NCBI GenBank assembly: GCA_050013755.1
Contig: JBEKER010000001.1
Coordinates: forward strand, 37,595 to 101,594
Reading direction: 5' to 3'
DNA from: Halobacteriota archaeon
GTDB taxonomy: Archaea; Halobacteriota; Bog-38; Methanoflorentales; Methanoflorentaceae
DNA length: 64,000 bases
Made by a program: the position numbers and the translations under genes
Part shown: positions 39,890 through 50,387 of the stretch, piece by piece
Layout of the letters: each line of letters starts with the position of its first letter
Numbering within the stretch: the first letter of the stretch is position 1
Notes under the pieces: model-generated
What the model saw: only the letters and a program-made list of their open reading frames with translations
The model's database searches: none
What the model was told of the DNA's origin: nothing

Positions 39890-40561
39890 GTGCACCAAAA
39901 AAGGATCTCTGCACCAAAAAGCTGGCCAATCGCAAAAAAGACTGCTCACTGGGTCACCGCTCCTTCGCCCGGCGCACACTCGAGAGAGGCAGTCCCAATA
40001 CTAGTCGTGCTGAGGGACATGTTGCACCTTGCCGACAACGCAAAAGAGGCGAAGCGGATTTTGCATAACGGAAGCGTGACGGTGAACGGGCGCGTGGTAA
40101 AGAAGCACAAAGCTCACGTTGGCCTGTTCGACGTGTTTGCGACTGCAGGCAAAAGCTACCGCATGCTCCCCAACCCCCGGGGCAAGTACGAGCTAACTCA
40201 GATAGACGATGAGGAAGCGAAGCGCAAGCTGGTCCGTATTGACAACATTACGGTCGTGAGAGGGGGCAAGCTTCAGTACAACTTCCACGATGGGACGAAT
40301 GTACAGCTCGAAGAAAAATACAGCACTGGTGACTCACTTGTCTTTTCACTGCCTGATTACCGCGTTGTTGACCGATATGAGCGCAAAGCCGGCAACAAAG
40401 CCATGATCGTGGGAGGAAAACACTCTGGCGAGACTGGCATGATAGTAGAGTTAAGGAAGATGGCGAGCTCGCGTCCGAATATGGTGAGAATTGAACAAGA
40501 CGGCAAACAATTTGAGACCATAGACGACTACGTCTTTGCGACGGGCAGCGGTGGTGACTGA
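39890..40561 (+). CDS. rps4e: Ribosomal protein eS4
   Basis: HQKRISAPKSW, PSPGAH, HDGTN. Confidence 0.97.
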   Translation: MHQKRISAPKSWPIAKKTAHWVTAPSPGAHSREAVPILVVLRDMLHLADNAKEAKRILHNGSVTVNGRVVKKHKAHVGLFDVFATAGKSYRMLPNPRGKYELTQIDDEEAKRKLVRIDNITVVRGGKLQYNFHDGTNVQLEEKYSTGDSLVFSLPDYRVVDRYERKAGNKAMIVGGKHSGETGMIVELRKMASSRPNMVRIEQDGKQFETIDDYVFATGSGGD

Positions 40562-40563
40562 TC

Positions 40564-41103
40564 GTGGTTGAGGCCAGTACGGAACAAAAGCAAACTGATA
40601 ACCCTATGACGAAGCCGACGCTTGACAAGGTGACCGTCCATATAAGTGTCGGTGAGGGGGGCCAAAAGCTGATCAACGCGGAGAATATCGTAAAAACTCT
40701 TACCGGGCAAGCCACGGTGCGAACGTCAGCAAAGAAGACGCAACCCATATTCGGGACAAGAAAAGGACAGGCGATAGGATGCAAAACAACTCTTCGAAGA
40801 GAACGAGCAAGCGCGTTTCTTCGCAGCGCGCTTGAGACTAGGCAGAATTTCGTGCACGAGTTTCAGTTTGATGAGACCGGCAACGTGTCATTCGGCATCG
40901 TCGATCACACCGATTTCCCAGGAATGACCTATGACCCCCAAATAGGCATATTTGGCATGGACGTAATTGTGTCACTCAAGAAGCCAGGCTATCGCGTCGC
41001 TCGGCGTCGTGCAGCGCAACGACGCGTTCCCACTGGACATCGGGTTACGCGTGAGCAGGCAATTTCTTTCCTTCAAAACAATTATAACGTGGTGTTGGGA
41101 TAA
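40564..41103 (+). CDS. rpl5: Ribosomal protein uL5
   Basis: [21 protein letters not shown]. Confidence 0.97.
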   Translation: MVEASTEQKQTDNPMTKPTLDKVTVHISVGEGGQKLINAENIVKTLTGQATVRTSAKKTQPIFGTRKGQAIGCKTTLRRERASAFLRSALETRQNFVHEFQFDETGNVSFGIVDHTDFPGMTYDPQIGIFGMDVIVSLKKPGYRVARRRAAQRRVPTGHRVTREQAISFLQNNYNVVLG

Positions 41104-41246
41104 TGGTCGAAAAAACACGGCGTGAGGCCCATGAATGCAGGCGCTGTGGACGCAAGCAAGGACTCGTCACGAAGTACGAGATATACCTCTGTCGCCAATG
41201 CTTCCGAGAGATCGCCAGCGACATGCAGTTCGAGAAGTACAACTGA
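41103..41246 (+). CDS. rps14: Ribosomal protein uS14 (47 aa, missed by ORF track)
   Basis: Hand translation [47 protein letters not shown]; lies between L5 and S8. Confidence 0.96.
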   Translation: MVEKTRREAHECRRCGRKQGLVTKYEIYLCRQCFREIASDMQFEKYN

Positions 41247-41257
41247 GGTGATGCAAC

Positions 41258-41650
41258 ATGGTTCTACTGGATCCGCTCGCAAACGCTCTTTCAGCGATTA
41301 AAAACGCCGAAGGCGTCGGTAAGAAAGAATGCTGCATCAAGCCCGTATCAAAGCTTATCGGTAACGTCCTTCGCGTCATGCAGCAAGGGAACTACATAGG
41401 TGATTTTGAGCTCGTCGAAGATGGGAAAACAGGCGTATTCAAGATCGAGTTGCTCGGTAATATCAACCGCTGTGGCGCGATCAAACCGCGAAGTTCTGTT
41501 CACACAACTGATCTCGAAAGATGGGAACAGCGGTATTTGCCGGCGCGCAACTTTGGTTTCCTGATACTGACGACGTCTGCTGGGATACTGACTCACGTTG
41601 AAGCACGAGAACGAGGTATCGGAGGAAAGCTAATAGCGTACTGCTATTAG
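41258..41650 (+). CDS. rps8: Ribosomal protein uS8
   Basis: DPLANAL, LPARNFG, GGKLIAY. Confidence 0.97.
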   Translation: MVLLDPLANALSAIKNAEGVGKKECCIKPVSKLIGNVLRVMQQGNYIGDFELVEDGKTGVFKIELLGNINRCGAIKPRSSVHTTDLERWEQRYLPARNFGFLILTTSAGILTHVEARERGIGGKLIAYCY

Positions 41651-41660
41651 GTGGCAACCT

Positions 41661-42206
41661 ATGGTCCAAGTCATAGAGAAAGAGGTTCCGATTGCCGGCG
41701 GGGTCCGGGTTGAAGTTCACAACGGAATTGTTAGGGTAGAAGGTCCACGCGGAACACTCGAACGCGACCTTTGGTACCCAAACATCGACATACGTGTCGA
41801 GCCAGATAAGGTGTGTGTCGGGACCACCTTGGACAAGAAGACTCAGAAATCGATCGTAGGCACGTACGCTTCTCACATTGCTAACATGGTCCGAGGGGTA
41901 ACCGAAGGATTTCAATACAAGTTGAAACTGGTATACGCGCATTTTCCCATCCAAGTGAAGGTAGAAGGAAACGTCGTATCGATCGAAAATTTCCTGGGTG
42001 AACGAAAGCCTCGAACCGCCAGAGTCATGGGGGGCTCTCTCGTTGCTATTCAGGGTGACGAGCTAACCGTTACAGGCATCGATAAGGAACACGTAGGACA
42101 AACCGCCGCGAACATCGAGCAAGCGACTCGGATCAAGGGGCGTGACCCGCGCGTGTTTCAAGACGGCATCTACCTCATTGAAAAGGGCCTAGAGGCACGC
42201 ACATGA
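41661..42206 (+). CDS. rpl6: Ribosomal protein uL6
   Basis: YAHFP, NFLGE, DPRVFQDGIY. Confidence 0.97.
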   Translation: MVQVIEKEVPIAGGVRVEVHNGIVRVEGPRGTLERDLWYPNIDIRVEPDKVCVGTTLDKKTQKSIVGTYASHIANMVRGVTEGFQYKLKLVYAHFPIQVKVEGNVVSIENFLGERKPRTARVMGGSLVAIQGDELTVTGIDKEHVGQTAANIEQATRIKGRDPRVFQDGIYLIEKGLEART

Positions 42207-42808
42207 AGGTTTTGAATGAAATGAATGACACTCAAATTAGAGCGCTGATAGAGGCGGGGTACCGAACGGTGGACGATCTCAAGGGAGTGACCGCGGACGA
42301 ACTTGCAAACGCAGGCCTCGATGCCGACCTTGCACAGCGAGTTGCACAAGAGTCAATTTCATTCAAGCACACGGAATTCAGCGATAAACACAAGCATTTG
42401 CTCCTCGTTCGTAAGCGGCACGACAAACCCTGGTTCAAGCGCGACGATTACGAGAAGAAAAAGAAGCTAAGCTCGAGCTGGAGAAAACCACGTGGACTGT
42501 TCAACAAGATGCGGCGGGGGTTTCCGGATAAGGGCCCGGTTGTGCAAGTAGGATACGGCGCACCAAGCGCGATAAGGGGTTTTCATCCATCAGGATTCGA
42601 AGAAGTGCTCGTCAACACTCTAGCTGATCTGGACGATGCGACGCCTCAGCAAGCCGTCAGGATAGGTCGTACGGTCGGCGCCCGCAAGAAGCAAGCCATT
42701 CTTGAGCGGGCGTTTGCCAAGGGCTTGAAGGTGCTCAATCCAGGACTAAAAGCTCAGGCCGCGGACAAAGACGATGGAACGACGGCTACAACGGAGGAGA
42801 AGCAGTGA
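42203..42808 (+). CDS. rpl32e: Ribosomal protein eL32 with N-terminal HhH-like extension
   Basis: WRKPRG, GYG..RGFHPSG; N-terminal LIEAGYRTVDDL. Confidence 0.94.
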   Translation: MKVLNEMNDTQIRALIEAGYRTVDDLKGVTADELANAGLDADLAQRVAQESISFKHTEFSDKHKHLLLVRKRHDKPWFKRDDYEKKKKLSSSWRKPRGLFNKMRRGFPDKGPVVQVGYGAPSAIRGFHPSGFEEVLVNTLADLDDATPQQAVRIGRTVGARKKQAILERAFAKGLKVLNPGLKAQAADKDDGTTATTEEKQ

Positions 42809-43263
42809 CCAGCTTATCGAACCAAAAGCGACTCGCTGCTGAGGTGCTTGGTGTTGGGGAAAGCAGAATATGGCTCGATCCGGAAAAGGTCACGGACGTC
42901 GCAAACGCTATCACCCGAGAAGATGTGCGCGGGCTCATAAAGGATGGTACCGTGAAATTTAAGCAAGCACAGGGCATCAGCCGCGGACGGGCACGCGGAA
43001 ACGATGCTAAGCGCAAGAAGGGCCATAAAACCGGGCAAGGGACTCGTAAAGGAGCAAAGAATGCCCGAAGCCCTAAGAAGCAGCTGTGGATGCGCAGGAT
43101 CCGAGCGCAGAGAAGGACTCTGCGCGTCTTGCGGGCTAACAACACGCTCGATCGAACCACATATCGTCGCATGTATAGGAAGGCGAAAGGTGGCGAGTAT
43201 CGAACTGTAGGCGTACTGAGCACTCAAGCTGAAATCGCCATGGCCACGCGGAGGCAGAAATAA
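42805..43263 (+). CDS. rpl19e: Ribosomal protein eL19
   Basis: QKRLAA, RIWLDP, YRKAKGG. Confidence 0.97.
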   Translation: MTSLSNQKRLAAEVLGVGESRIWLDPEKVTDVANAITREDVRGLIKDGTVKFKQAQGISRGRARGNDAKRKKGHKTGQGTRKGAKNARSPKKQLWMRRIRAQRRTLRVLRANNTLDRTTYRRMYRKAKGGEYRTVGVLSTQAEIAMATRRQK

Positions 43264-43856
43264 TGGCGATCGGTCCGCGATATCAGGTTGCTTTTCGACG
43301 GAGGCGAGACGGAAAGACGAACTACCATAAGCGGCTAGGTCTGATGCTTTCAGAATGGCCTCGCGTCGTCGTGCGAAAAACCGGACGCAATTTGATCGTG
43401 CAGCTTGTCGAACACGGAACTGCGGGTGATCGGACGTTGACATCCGCAAACGCGCTCGAGCTAAAAACGCTCGGCTACAAGGGTCCTACCGGGAACACAC
43501 CCGCTGCGTACCTGACCGGGCTGCTTTTTGCAAGTCGAGCGCTTGCAGCTGGCCATTCGAAAGGGGTGCTCGATCTGGGACTTAATGCAAATTCACGAGG
43601 ATCGCGAACTTACGCCGCCTTGCAGGGCGCCGTTGAAGCGGGGCTCGACATTCCGCACAGTCGTCAGCCGCTTCCTGCGCCTGCTAGGCTGCACGGAGAG
43701 CATATTGTCGCGTATGCAGCCGATAACCCAACGCGTTTCACGCGTTATGGCTTAGAACCCAAAGACCTTCCAAATCATATTGACGCGGTGAAGCAACGTA
43801 TAATCGAGCACGCTGCGCAGGAACGAACAGAGGATACAGGGGCACACAATGGCTGA
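43263..43856 (+). CDS. rpl18: Ribosomal protein uL18
   Basis: [20 protein letters not shown]. Confidence 0.97.
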   Translation: MAIGPRYQVAFRRRRDGKTNYHKRLGLMLSEWPRVVVRKTGRNLIVQLVEHGTAGDRTLTSANALELKTLGYKGPTGNTPAAYLTGLLFASRALAAGHSKGVLDLGLNANSRGSRTYAALQGAVEAGLDIPHSRQPLPAPARLHGEHIVAYAADNPTRFTRYGLEPKDLPNHIDAVKQRIIEHAAQERTEDTGAHNG

Positions 43857-44469
43857 AAGGAGAGAGGGATGGACACCGAAGACGAGGTTAGGACACCTTG
43901 TTTATGAGGGCAAAATAACGACGTTCGACGATGCTGTAGCCACTGGGCATCCGGTCAAGGAACCCGAAATCATCGATGTTCTCTTGCCTGAGCTGTCAGA
44001 CGAGGTCTTAGATATCAACATGGTGCAGCGAATGACGGATTCTGGTAGGCGCGTGAAGTTTCGAGCCGCGGTGGCAATCGGCAATCGCGACGGATACATA
44101 GGCTTCGCCGAAACCAAGGATCTGCAAGCGGGACCCGCAATACGGAAAGCAATTGAAACTGCTAAGCTGAATCTCATCAAGATAAATCGCGGCTGTGGCT
44201 CGTGGGAATGTGGCTGCGGAGAAGCGCATACCGTTCCTTACACCGTCCGAGGTAAGGCGGGCTCCGTGACCGTTGCCCTGAAACCAGCGCCACGAGGCCT
44301 TGGCATAACGTCAGGCGGCACCGCGCGGAAGGTGCTTCAGCTTGCGGGCATAAAAGACGTGTGGACGCGATCGTCAGGACAAACGCGTACGACCATCAAC
44401 TTTGCTCGCGCTACGTTTGAAGCGCTCAAGGCAACAACAACGGTGCGAATCGGCGGTGGAACGCAATGA
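43849..44469 (+). CDS. rps5: Ribosomal protein uS5
   Basis: [30 protein letters not shown]. Confidence 0.97.
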   Translation: MAERREGWTPKTRLGHLVYEGKITTFDDAVATGHPVKEPEIIDVLLPELSDEVLDINMVQRMTDSGRRVKFRAAVAIGNRDGYIGFAETKDLQAGPAIRKAIETAKLNLIKINRGCGSWECGCGEAHTVPYTVRGKAGSVTVALKPAPRGLGITSGGTARKVLQLAGIKDVWTRSSGQTRTTINFARATFEALKATTTVRIGGGTQ

Positions 44470-44927
44470 CGTACGCCGTTGTTAAGATGCGTGGGACGGT
44501 AAAGACAAAACCCGACGTGCGGCGCACGCTCGAGTTATTAAATCTTAGTAGGACCAATCACTGCGTTCTCATCGAGGACAACGCGCATTATAACGGCATG
44601 CTCCAAAAGGTGAAAGATTATGTGGCGTGGGGCACCATCGACGGTGCAACCCTCGGTGTGCTGCTTGAAGGAAGGGGTGCGCTAGAGGGTCATACGCGAC
44701 TTACTAACGCGCACATCAAAGACCACACCGATTTTGATGACATTAACTCGCTTGCGACAGCAGTTGCCAGCGGAACGGCGACGTTGCAGGATGTGCCTGA
44801 CCTAAAACCTGTGCTAAGGCTCCATCCGCCGCGCAAAGGCCACAGGGGCATAAAAAAACCGTTTCCAGAAGGTGTTCTTGGATTCCACGGCAGCGAAATT
44901 AACGAATTGCTTCTCAAAATGAGGTAG
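44466..44927 (+). CDS. rpl30: Ribosomal protein uL30
   Basis: [19 protein letters not shown]. Confidence 0.96.
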   Translation: MTYAVVKMRGTVKTKPDVRRTLELLNLSRTNHCVLIEDNAHYNGMLQKVKDYVAWGTIDGATLGVLLEGRGALEGHTRLTNAHIKDHTDFDDINSLATAVASGTATLQDVPDLKPVLRLHPPRKGHRGIKKPFPEGVLGFHGSEINELLLKMR

Positions 44928-44930
44928 ATA

Positions 44931-45359
44931 ATGGGTGTCAAAAACAAGGCCAAGAAGTTTCGAGGAAGCCGCACGTGTGGCGGCGGCACTCATAAGAACC
45001 GTCGCGGAGCCGGAAGCCGAGGAGGACGTGGCCATGCAGGCGGTTGCAAGCACCATTTTTTGAAGGAGCTTTTGCTTGGCCGGGGTTATGGCAGTTATGG
45101 GTTCGTGAGGCCGCAAAAGGTGCTCAAGTACCCGACAATGATTGACGTAGGTGCTCTTGACGAAACTGCTGAGCGACTTGTGGAACTAAAGCAGGCTAAG
45201 GTGCGCACCGGCAAGTATTATATCACGCTCGATGTCGACAAAGTGCTGGGAAAGGGCCGCGTAACTAAGCCGCTTATCGTAACAGCACGAGGTTTTTCGA
45301 AACGAGCACAAGAGAAGTTAGAATCAGCAGGCGGGAAAGTAAAAATCGCAGAGCCATGA
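44931..45359 (+). CDS. rpl15: Ribosomal protein uL15
   Basis: [25 protein letters not shown]. Confidence 0.97.
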   Translation: MGVKNKAKKFRGSRTCGGGTHKNRRGAGSRGGRGHAGGCKHHFLKELLLGRGYGSYGFVRPQKVLKYPTMIDVGALDETAERLVELKQAKVRTGKYYITLDVDKVLGKGRVTKPLIVTARGFSKRAQEKLESAGGKVKIAEP

Positions 45360-45404
45360 CCTTCTGCCAGTGATCGACACGTAATCAGTTAAGCGCAGTG
45401 AATC

Positions 45405-46862
45405 ATGAGCGAGCACCCAACGATAGATAGGATTGAGCCCCTCCTGCAGAGACTTCCTGCGGTTTCTAAGCCCGAAGGGCACGTGCACTTCAGACGGAAG
45501 CTCACGTGGACGATTGGCGTCTTACTCATATATTTCATCTTAACGAACGTCCGCCTTTTTGGACTTTCACCTGCGTCACAGGACCTTTTCGGCTTCTACC
45601 GCGCAATAATGGCCGGAAGCCAAGGCAGCCTCGTTCAGCTCGGCATTGGTCCAATCGTGACCGCGTCGATCATACTGCAGCTCTTCAAGGGCGCGGACAT
45701 CATAAAGCTTGACACGAGCGATCCTCGAGACCAATCGGCCTACCAGCAGTTGCAGAAGCTTCTGATCTTCGTCATGATTGTCGTTGAAGCCGCGCCGCAG
45801 GTGCTTGGAGGTTTCCTCCAACCTGACCCGGCTATTGCTGCTTCTACTGGCATCGGGCTTCACGGCATTTCCTTGCTTATATTTATCCAGGTTTGCATAG
45901 GCGGCGTGCTCGTGCTGTTTCTGGATGAAATTGTGAGTAAATGGGGAATTGGCTCGGGAGTCGGCATTTTTATCGTGGCCGGAGTTGCCCAAGGCTTGGT
46001 AACTGGGACCATTAATTGGATAACCAATCCTTCGACCGGATTGCCGGTGGGCTGGATCCCAGGCTTGTTTGAAATCTTCCGGACCTTCACCGTGCAGCAA
46101 CTGCTTACCGCACAAGGAATACTATTCCTGCTTAATCAGGGCCAAATTTTGGCCATCATAAGCACGGTGGGTATATTCGCAGTTGTTGTCTACGTTGAAA
46201 CCACGCGCATAGAGATTCCTCTGGCGCACAGTTCCGTGCGCGGCGCGCGAGGCAGATTCCCGGTGAAGCTCGTCTACGCGAGCGTGTTGCCGTTAATACT
46301 AGTTCGGGCACTTCAGGCGAACATTCAGATGATTGGTATCCTCCTTTACAACGCTGGGTTCACTTGGGTCGGGACGTATGTGAACAATCAGCCGACAAGC
46401 GGCCTGATGTATTATCTGGCGCCAATCAATGGCCCGAGTAACTGGATCCCCGGGTTAACCACGAACCCGGGATGGCAAATCGCGCTGCGGTCAGGAATTG
46501 ACATCTCCTTTATGGTCATCGGGGGGATCATATTCGCCCTCTTCTGGGTGGAGACTACTGGCATGGGCCCAAAGGCCGTTTCCGAGCAAATTCAAAGTTC
46601 CGGGATGTCTATCCCCGGCTTCCGCCGCGATCCTAAGATCATCGAACGGGTTATGAAGCGGTACATTCCGAAAGTAACCGTCATAGGGGGTGCTTTCATA
46701 GGGTTATTGGCGGTCGTTGCGGGTTTTTTGGGAACCATAGGAAACGTGGGCGGCACAGCGTTGCTGCTCGCGGTGAGCATCACGTACACGCTTTACGAGC
46801 AGCTTGCCAATGAAGAAATGATGGAGATGCACCCGATGCTGCGCGGCTTCTTGGGAGGGTAA
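45405..46862 (+). CDS. secY: Preprotein translocase SecY
   Basis: LGIGPIVTASII, SKWGIGSG, IPGFRR. Confidence 0.98.
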   Translation: MSEHPTIDRIEPLLQRLPAVSKPEGHVHFRRKLTWTIGVLLIYFILTNVRLFGLSPASQDLFGFYRAIMAGSQGSLVQLGIGPIVTASIILQLFKGADIIKLDTSDPRDQSAYQQLQKLLIFVMIVVEAAPQVLGGFLQPDPAIAASTGIGLHGISLLIFIQVCIGGVLVLFLDEIVSKWGIGSGVGIFIVAGVAQGLVTGTINWITNPSTGLPVGWIPGLFEIFRTFTVQQLLTAQGILFLLNQGQILAIISTVGIFAVVVYVETTRIEIPLAHSSVRGARGRFPVKLVYASVLPLILVRALQANIQMIGILLYNAGFTWVGTYVNNQPTSGLMYYLAPINGPSNWIPGLTTNPGWQIALRSGIDISFMVIGGIIFALFWVETTGMGPKAVSEQIQSSGMSIPGFRRDPKIIERVMKRYIPKVTVIGGAFIGLLAVVAGFLGTIGNVGGTALLLAVSITYTLYEQLANEEMMEMHPMLRGFLGG

Positions 46863-47037
46863 CTTCTCTAACGCTGACATCGATTCTCTTGACTTCGAAG
46901 CTAAGTTGGCATTTTGCTGCGCGTCCATAGGCGTTTTGATCGCAGGAGCGGCTTTGATGGGCGAAGCTGCCCCTCTACGATTGCGTAAGTTAAAGTAGGA
47001 TGGTTAGGATAGTTCCTTACACAAATTGGGGCAACAA

Positions 47038-47616
47038 ATGCGGAAAGTAGTAATTCTGACGGGAGTTCCAGCAAGCGGCGGGACGACGGTTACAAGGAAA
47101 GCTATTGAACGCTTGGAAGCACAGGGCCAGCCTTTGAAAATGGTCACCTACAGCGACGTGATGCTGGATGAGGCGTTGCAGCGCGGCTGGGTTAAGATAA
47201 GAGATGACATCCGAAAGCTAGATCCAGCTAGGCAGCGCGATCTCCAAAAGACTGCCGCGCGGACGATATCAAAAATGGCTACGACGCCGCTTGTTGTTGA
47301 CACGCACGCAACGGTGCGAACGCCGGCCGGGTACCTTCCTGGTTTGCCTACATGGGTTTTGGACGAACTTGAGCCCGAACTCATACTTATTGTCGAAACA
47401 GCACCTAACGAAATTATTCGGCGCAGAAATGCAGACAAGTCACGACAACGCGACGCGCAAGATGCGACGGGTGTTCAGGAGCACCAGGAAGTTAACAAAG
47501 CAATATGCATGGCGTACGCCGCACACACGGGAGCAACGGTCAAGATACTGCAAAATCCCGACGGAAAGGTTGATGAGGCAGTTGCTGAACTGGTGGCCAC
47601 GCTGCAGAAAGACTGA
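47038..47616 (+). CDS. adkA: Archaeal adenylate kinase
   Basis: GVPASGGTT, DTHA..TPAGYLPGLP. Confidence 0.94.
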   Translation: MRKVVILTGVPASGGTTVTRKAIERLEAQGQPLKMVTYSDVMLDEALQRGWVKIRDDIRKLDPARQRDLQKTAARTISKMATTPLVVDTHATVRTPAGYLPGLPTWVLDELEPELILIVETAPNEIIRRRNADKSRQRDAQDATGVQEHQEVNKAICMAYAAHTGATVKILQNPDGKVDEAVAELVATLQKD

Positions 47617-47648
47617 GCTCATCTCCAGCGCTTAGCGGGTGTGCGATC

Positions 47649-48176
47649 GTGTTGCTTACCATTAGCGGATTTGCAGGCAGCGGCAAGACGACGGTAGCAA
47701 CCGGTTTATCGCGGGAACTCGGCTTTGTACACATCTCGGCGGGAGATGTATTCAGGGAACTCGCACGCGAGCGCGCAATGAGTCTCGAGCAGTTGAGCAA
47801 GCTTGCGGAAATAGAACCGGAAATCGACAAAATGATTGATCGACGACAAGCCGAGCTCGCGCAGTCGCGAGAACACGCGGTCGTCGACGGGCGGCTTTCG
47901 GGCTGGGTTCTCAAAGCTGACATCGCCGTTTGGCTCAAAGCGCCTTTAGAAGTACGAGCACAGCGAATAGCGGGAAGAGAAGGCAAGCGGCAGGCCGCCG
48001 CTCTGCACGAAACACGCCTGCGTGACAGCAGCGAGACCGCGAGATATCACACGTTTTATGATATCGACGTGACGAACCTTGACATCTATGATCTTGTCAT
48101 AGATACAACGCACTGGGACCAATACGCTGTCATCGCTATCATCGCGCAGGCCGTGAATGCGTTCCGGGAAAGTTGA
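47649..48176 (+). CDS. cmk: Archaeal cytidylate kinase
   Basis: ISGFAGSGKTT, SAGDVFR, GRLSGW, YDLVIDT. Confidence 0.94.
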   Translation: MLLTISGFAGSGKTTVATGLSRELGFVHISAGDVFRELARERAMSLEQLSKLAEIEPEIDKMIDRRQAELAQSREHAVVDGRLSGWVLKADIAVWLKAPLEVRAQRIAGREGKRQAAALHETRLRDSSETARYHTFYDIDVTNLDIYDLVIDTTHWDQYAVIAIIAQAVNAFRES

Positions 48177-48182
48177 CAAACG

Positions 48183-49106
48183 ATGACGAATCCTATTGCG
48201 CAGCAACGGACCATAGACGAGTTGCTTCAAAAAGGCGTCATAAATCTCGATAAACCAGCCGGACCTACGAGTCACGAAGTAGCCGCGTGGGTAAAACGAA
48301 TTTTGCATATTAAGAAAGCGGGCCACATCGGGACGCTGGATCCTAAGGTTACCGGTGTGCTCCCGATATTGTTGCAAGATGCGACAAGGGCAGTGGGGGC
48401 GCTGGCGAACTTGCCCAAGGAATACGTTTGTGTAATCCATCTACATAAGACGGTTCCCGACCCCTTGGTGCGGGACATACTGAGGGAGTTTACCGGTGTG
48501 CTATATCAGCGCCCACCTCTTAAGTCGGCGGTAAGGCGTCAAATTCGCAAACGCGAGATTTATTACATCGACGTGCTCGAACGGCAGGGGAACGACGTCC
48601 TCTTCAAAGTGGGATGTGAAGCCGGAACGTACATTCGCAAGCTGTGCCACGACGTCGGCGAAGCGCTAGGGGTGGGAGCGCACATGCAGGAGCTCCGCAG
48701 AACCAAGGCAGGTCCGTTTGATGAATCGAAGCTGAGCACATTGCACGATTTGACAGACGCATACTATTTTTGGATCGAAGATAACGATGAAGTTCCGCTG
48801 CGAGACATCGTAATGCCAGTCGAGCGCGCACTTACCCACCTTCCAAAAATTATCATTAGAGATACTGCCGTGGACGCTATTTGCCACGGGGCCCGACTCG
48901 CAGAACCTGGCGTCATCTCGTTACCGGATGTTGCCACGAAACAGCTGGTCGGTATTTATACGACGCGCGACGAGATTGTCGCTCTCGGCATCTCTGTACT
49001 CCAAGGCGGAGTCATCGCCGAAGTCAAAAGAGTGATGATGGAGCCTGGTACGTACCCCCGCTATTGGAAGTCTAGAAAAATACGCAAGCACGAAGAAGGC
49101 GCGTAA
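48183..49106 (+). CDS. cbf5: H/ACA pseudouridine synthase Cbf5
   Basis: DKPAGPTSHEV, GHIGTLDP, GTYIRKLC, PUA domain. Confidence 0.95.
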   Translation: MTNPIAQQRTIDELLQKGVINLDKPAGPTSHEVAAWVKRILHIKKAGHIGTLDPKVTGVLPILLQDATRAVGALANLPKEYVCVIHLHKTVPDPLVRDILREFTGVLYQRPPLKSAVRRQIRKREIYYIDVLERQGNDVLFKVGCEAGTYIRKLCHDVGEALGVGAHMQELRRTKAGPFDESKLSTLHDLTDAYYFWIEDNDEVPLRDIVMPVERALTHLPKIIIRDTAVDAICHGARLAEPGVISLPDVATKQLVGIYTTRDEIVALGISVLQGGVIAEVKRVMMEPGTYPRYWKSRKIRKHEEGA

Positions 49107-49262
49107 CTCCTCGTCGCCGCTTCGAGCAGCATGAACGCACGTGAGCAAAACAATTTTGATTTCAGCCAATAAGCGGGTTCCATATACGCCTGCGTTCGTT
49201 CCTATAACGCGCGTCTCGCGCCAAGCGATCACATTTTAACTTTTGAGGTTTAACTAGTGCCA

Positions 49263-49754
49263 ATGAAGATATGCGCAGTGTATGGATTCTCTAAATCGGG
49301 GAAGACCACTACCGTCGTTGAGATCCTAAAGGAGCTGCGATCGCGTGGTTATTCGGTTTCCACGATAAAGGACGTCCACGTAGAAAACTTCGTCTTCGAT
49401 GTTGTTGGAAAAGATACGTGGCGCCACTGGAAAGCTGGAGCCGAAGTTGTTGGCCTGCGGGCGCCCGACGAAAGCGTTCTTATGATAAAACGACCAGTGA
49501 TGCTTGATGAACTGATACGATATATCACCAGCGATTACTTGGTTCTTGAGGGATTTAAGGGCGCGAGTCTGCCGAAGATACTATGTGCAACAGACGAAGA
49601 GCGCTTGAAAGATGGATTGCAGAGCACGGTTTTTTGTATTTCAGGATTAGTGTCTGAGCACCTCTCGAATTACAAGGGCGTACCGGTGATAAACGCACTT
49701 CTTAATGCCCCAGATTTGGTGGATCTTGTGGAGCGCAAGAGCCTCAAGCTTTAG
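49263..49754 (+). CDS. mobB: Molybdopterin-guanine dinucleotide biosynthesis protein B
   Basis: GFSKSGKTT, GKDTWRH..AGA, LEGFK. Confidence 0.88.
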   Translation: MKICAVYGFSKSGKTTTVVEILKELRSRGYSVSTIKDVHVENFVFDVVGKDTWRHWKAGAEVVGLRAPDESVLMIKRPVMLDELIRYITSDYLVLEGFKGASLPKILCATDEERLKDGLQSTVFCISGLVSEHLSNYKGVPVINALLNAPDLVDLVERKSLKL

Positions 49755-50379
49755 TTACGTCATTCCCACTCTCGCTTGTGACCGCGCTCGCTCTTTGAAT
49801 TAGCCGCTTTAGGTCGCTTCTCCTATTGATGTTATACAGCAGTGACTCATCGCGAATGACAAACATCGTTTCTTGCTGTAATTGATCGAGGTGGCTTGCA
49901 TCGACGATGTTAATGCCCGTTGGCACAAGCAACTTAGCGTCTGCTGCGAATATGAGGTCGGGGGGTACTTCGGCCTCATCGCAAAACTCGTAGGGGAGGT
50001 AGACCCCGAGTGCAGAACTCTCTGCTTCAGCGCGACGCTCGATAACCCGGTCGATCAAACGATAGTCGATAAGCGGAAGATCAGCTGCGATGATAAGAAC
50101 GGGGCCTTGAAGGCCCAGTCGCTTGCTCGCCCAGCTGTAGTCTTGGATATATCCTTGCCCTGGCGCCTTTACTGCTTGAATACGCGCTTCTCTTGCCCAG
50201 CGCGTCGTGCAAGGAGTTCTGGGAGAGGTTACCGTCACGACGCGTTCAATTTGCGATTTGTTCAAGGCGGCCAACACGTGTTCAATGAGTGGCCTGCCTC
50301 TGAACTCCAACAGCGGTTTTTCAACGCCGCCTGAACCCAGCCGCTCTCCTTTACCTCCCGCCATGAGGAGCGCGAACGT
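49744..50379 (-). CDS. cobY: Adenosylcobinamide-phosphate guanylyltransferase; proposed ACG start at 50379, first ATG at 50364
   Basis: ALLMAGGKGERL..EKPL, ADLP, NIN...DL; downstream of cobS. Confidence 0.85.
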   Translation of the reverse strand, partial: TFALLMAGGKGERLGSGGVEKPLLEFRGRPLIEHVLAALNKSQIERVVTVTSPRTPCTTRWAREARIQAVKAPGQGYIQDYSWASKRLGLQGPVLIIAADLPLIDYRLIDRVIERRAEAESSALGVYLPYEFCDEAEVPPDLIFAADAKLLVPTGINIVDASHLDQLQQETMFVIRDESLLYNINRRSDLKRLIQRASAVTSESGNDVTKA

Positions 50380-50387
50380 GCAATCAC

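Noticed and set aside
36422..43449. Long antisense ORFs (e.g. 36422-37099, 38053-38856, 42814-43449)
   Set aside because: Shadows of well-identified ribosomal genes; no motifs
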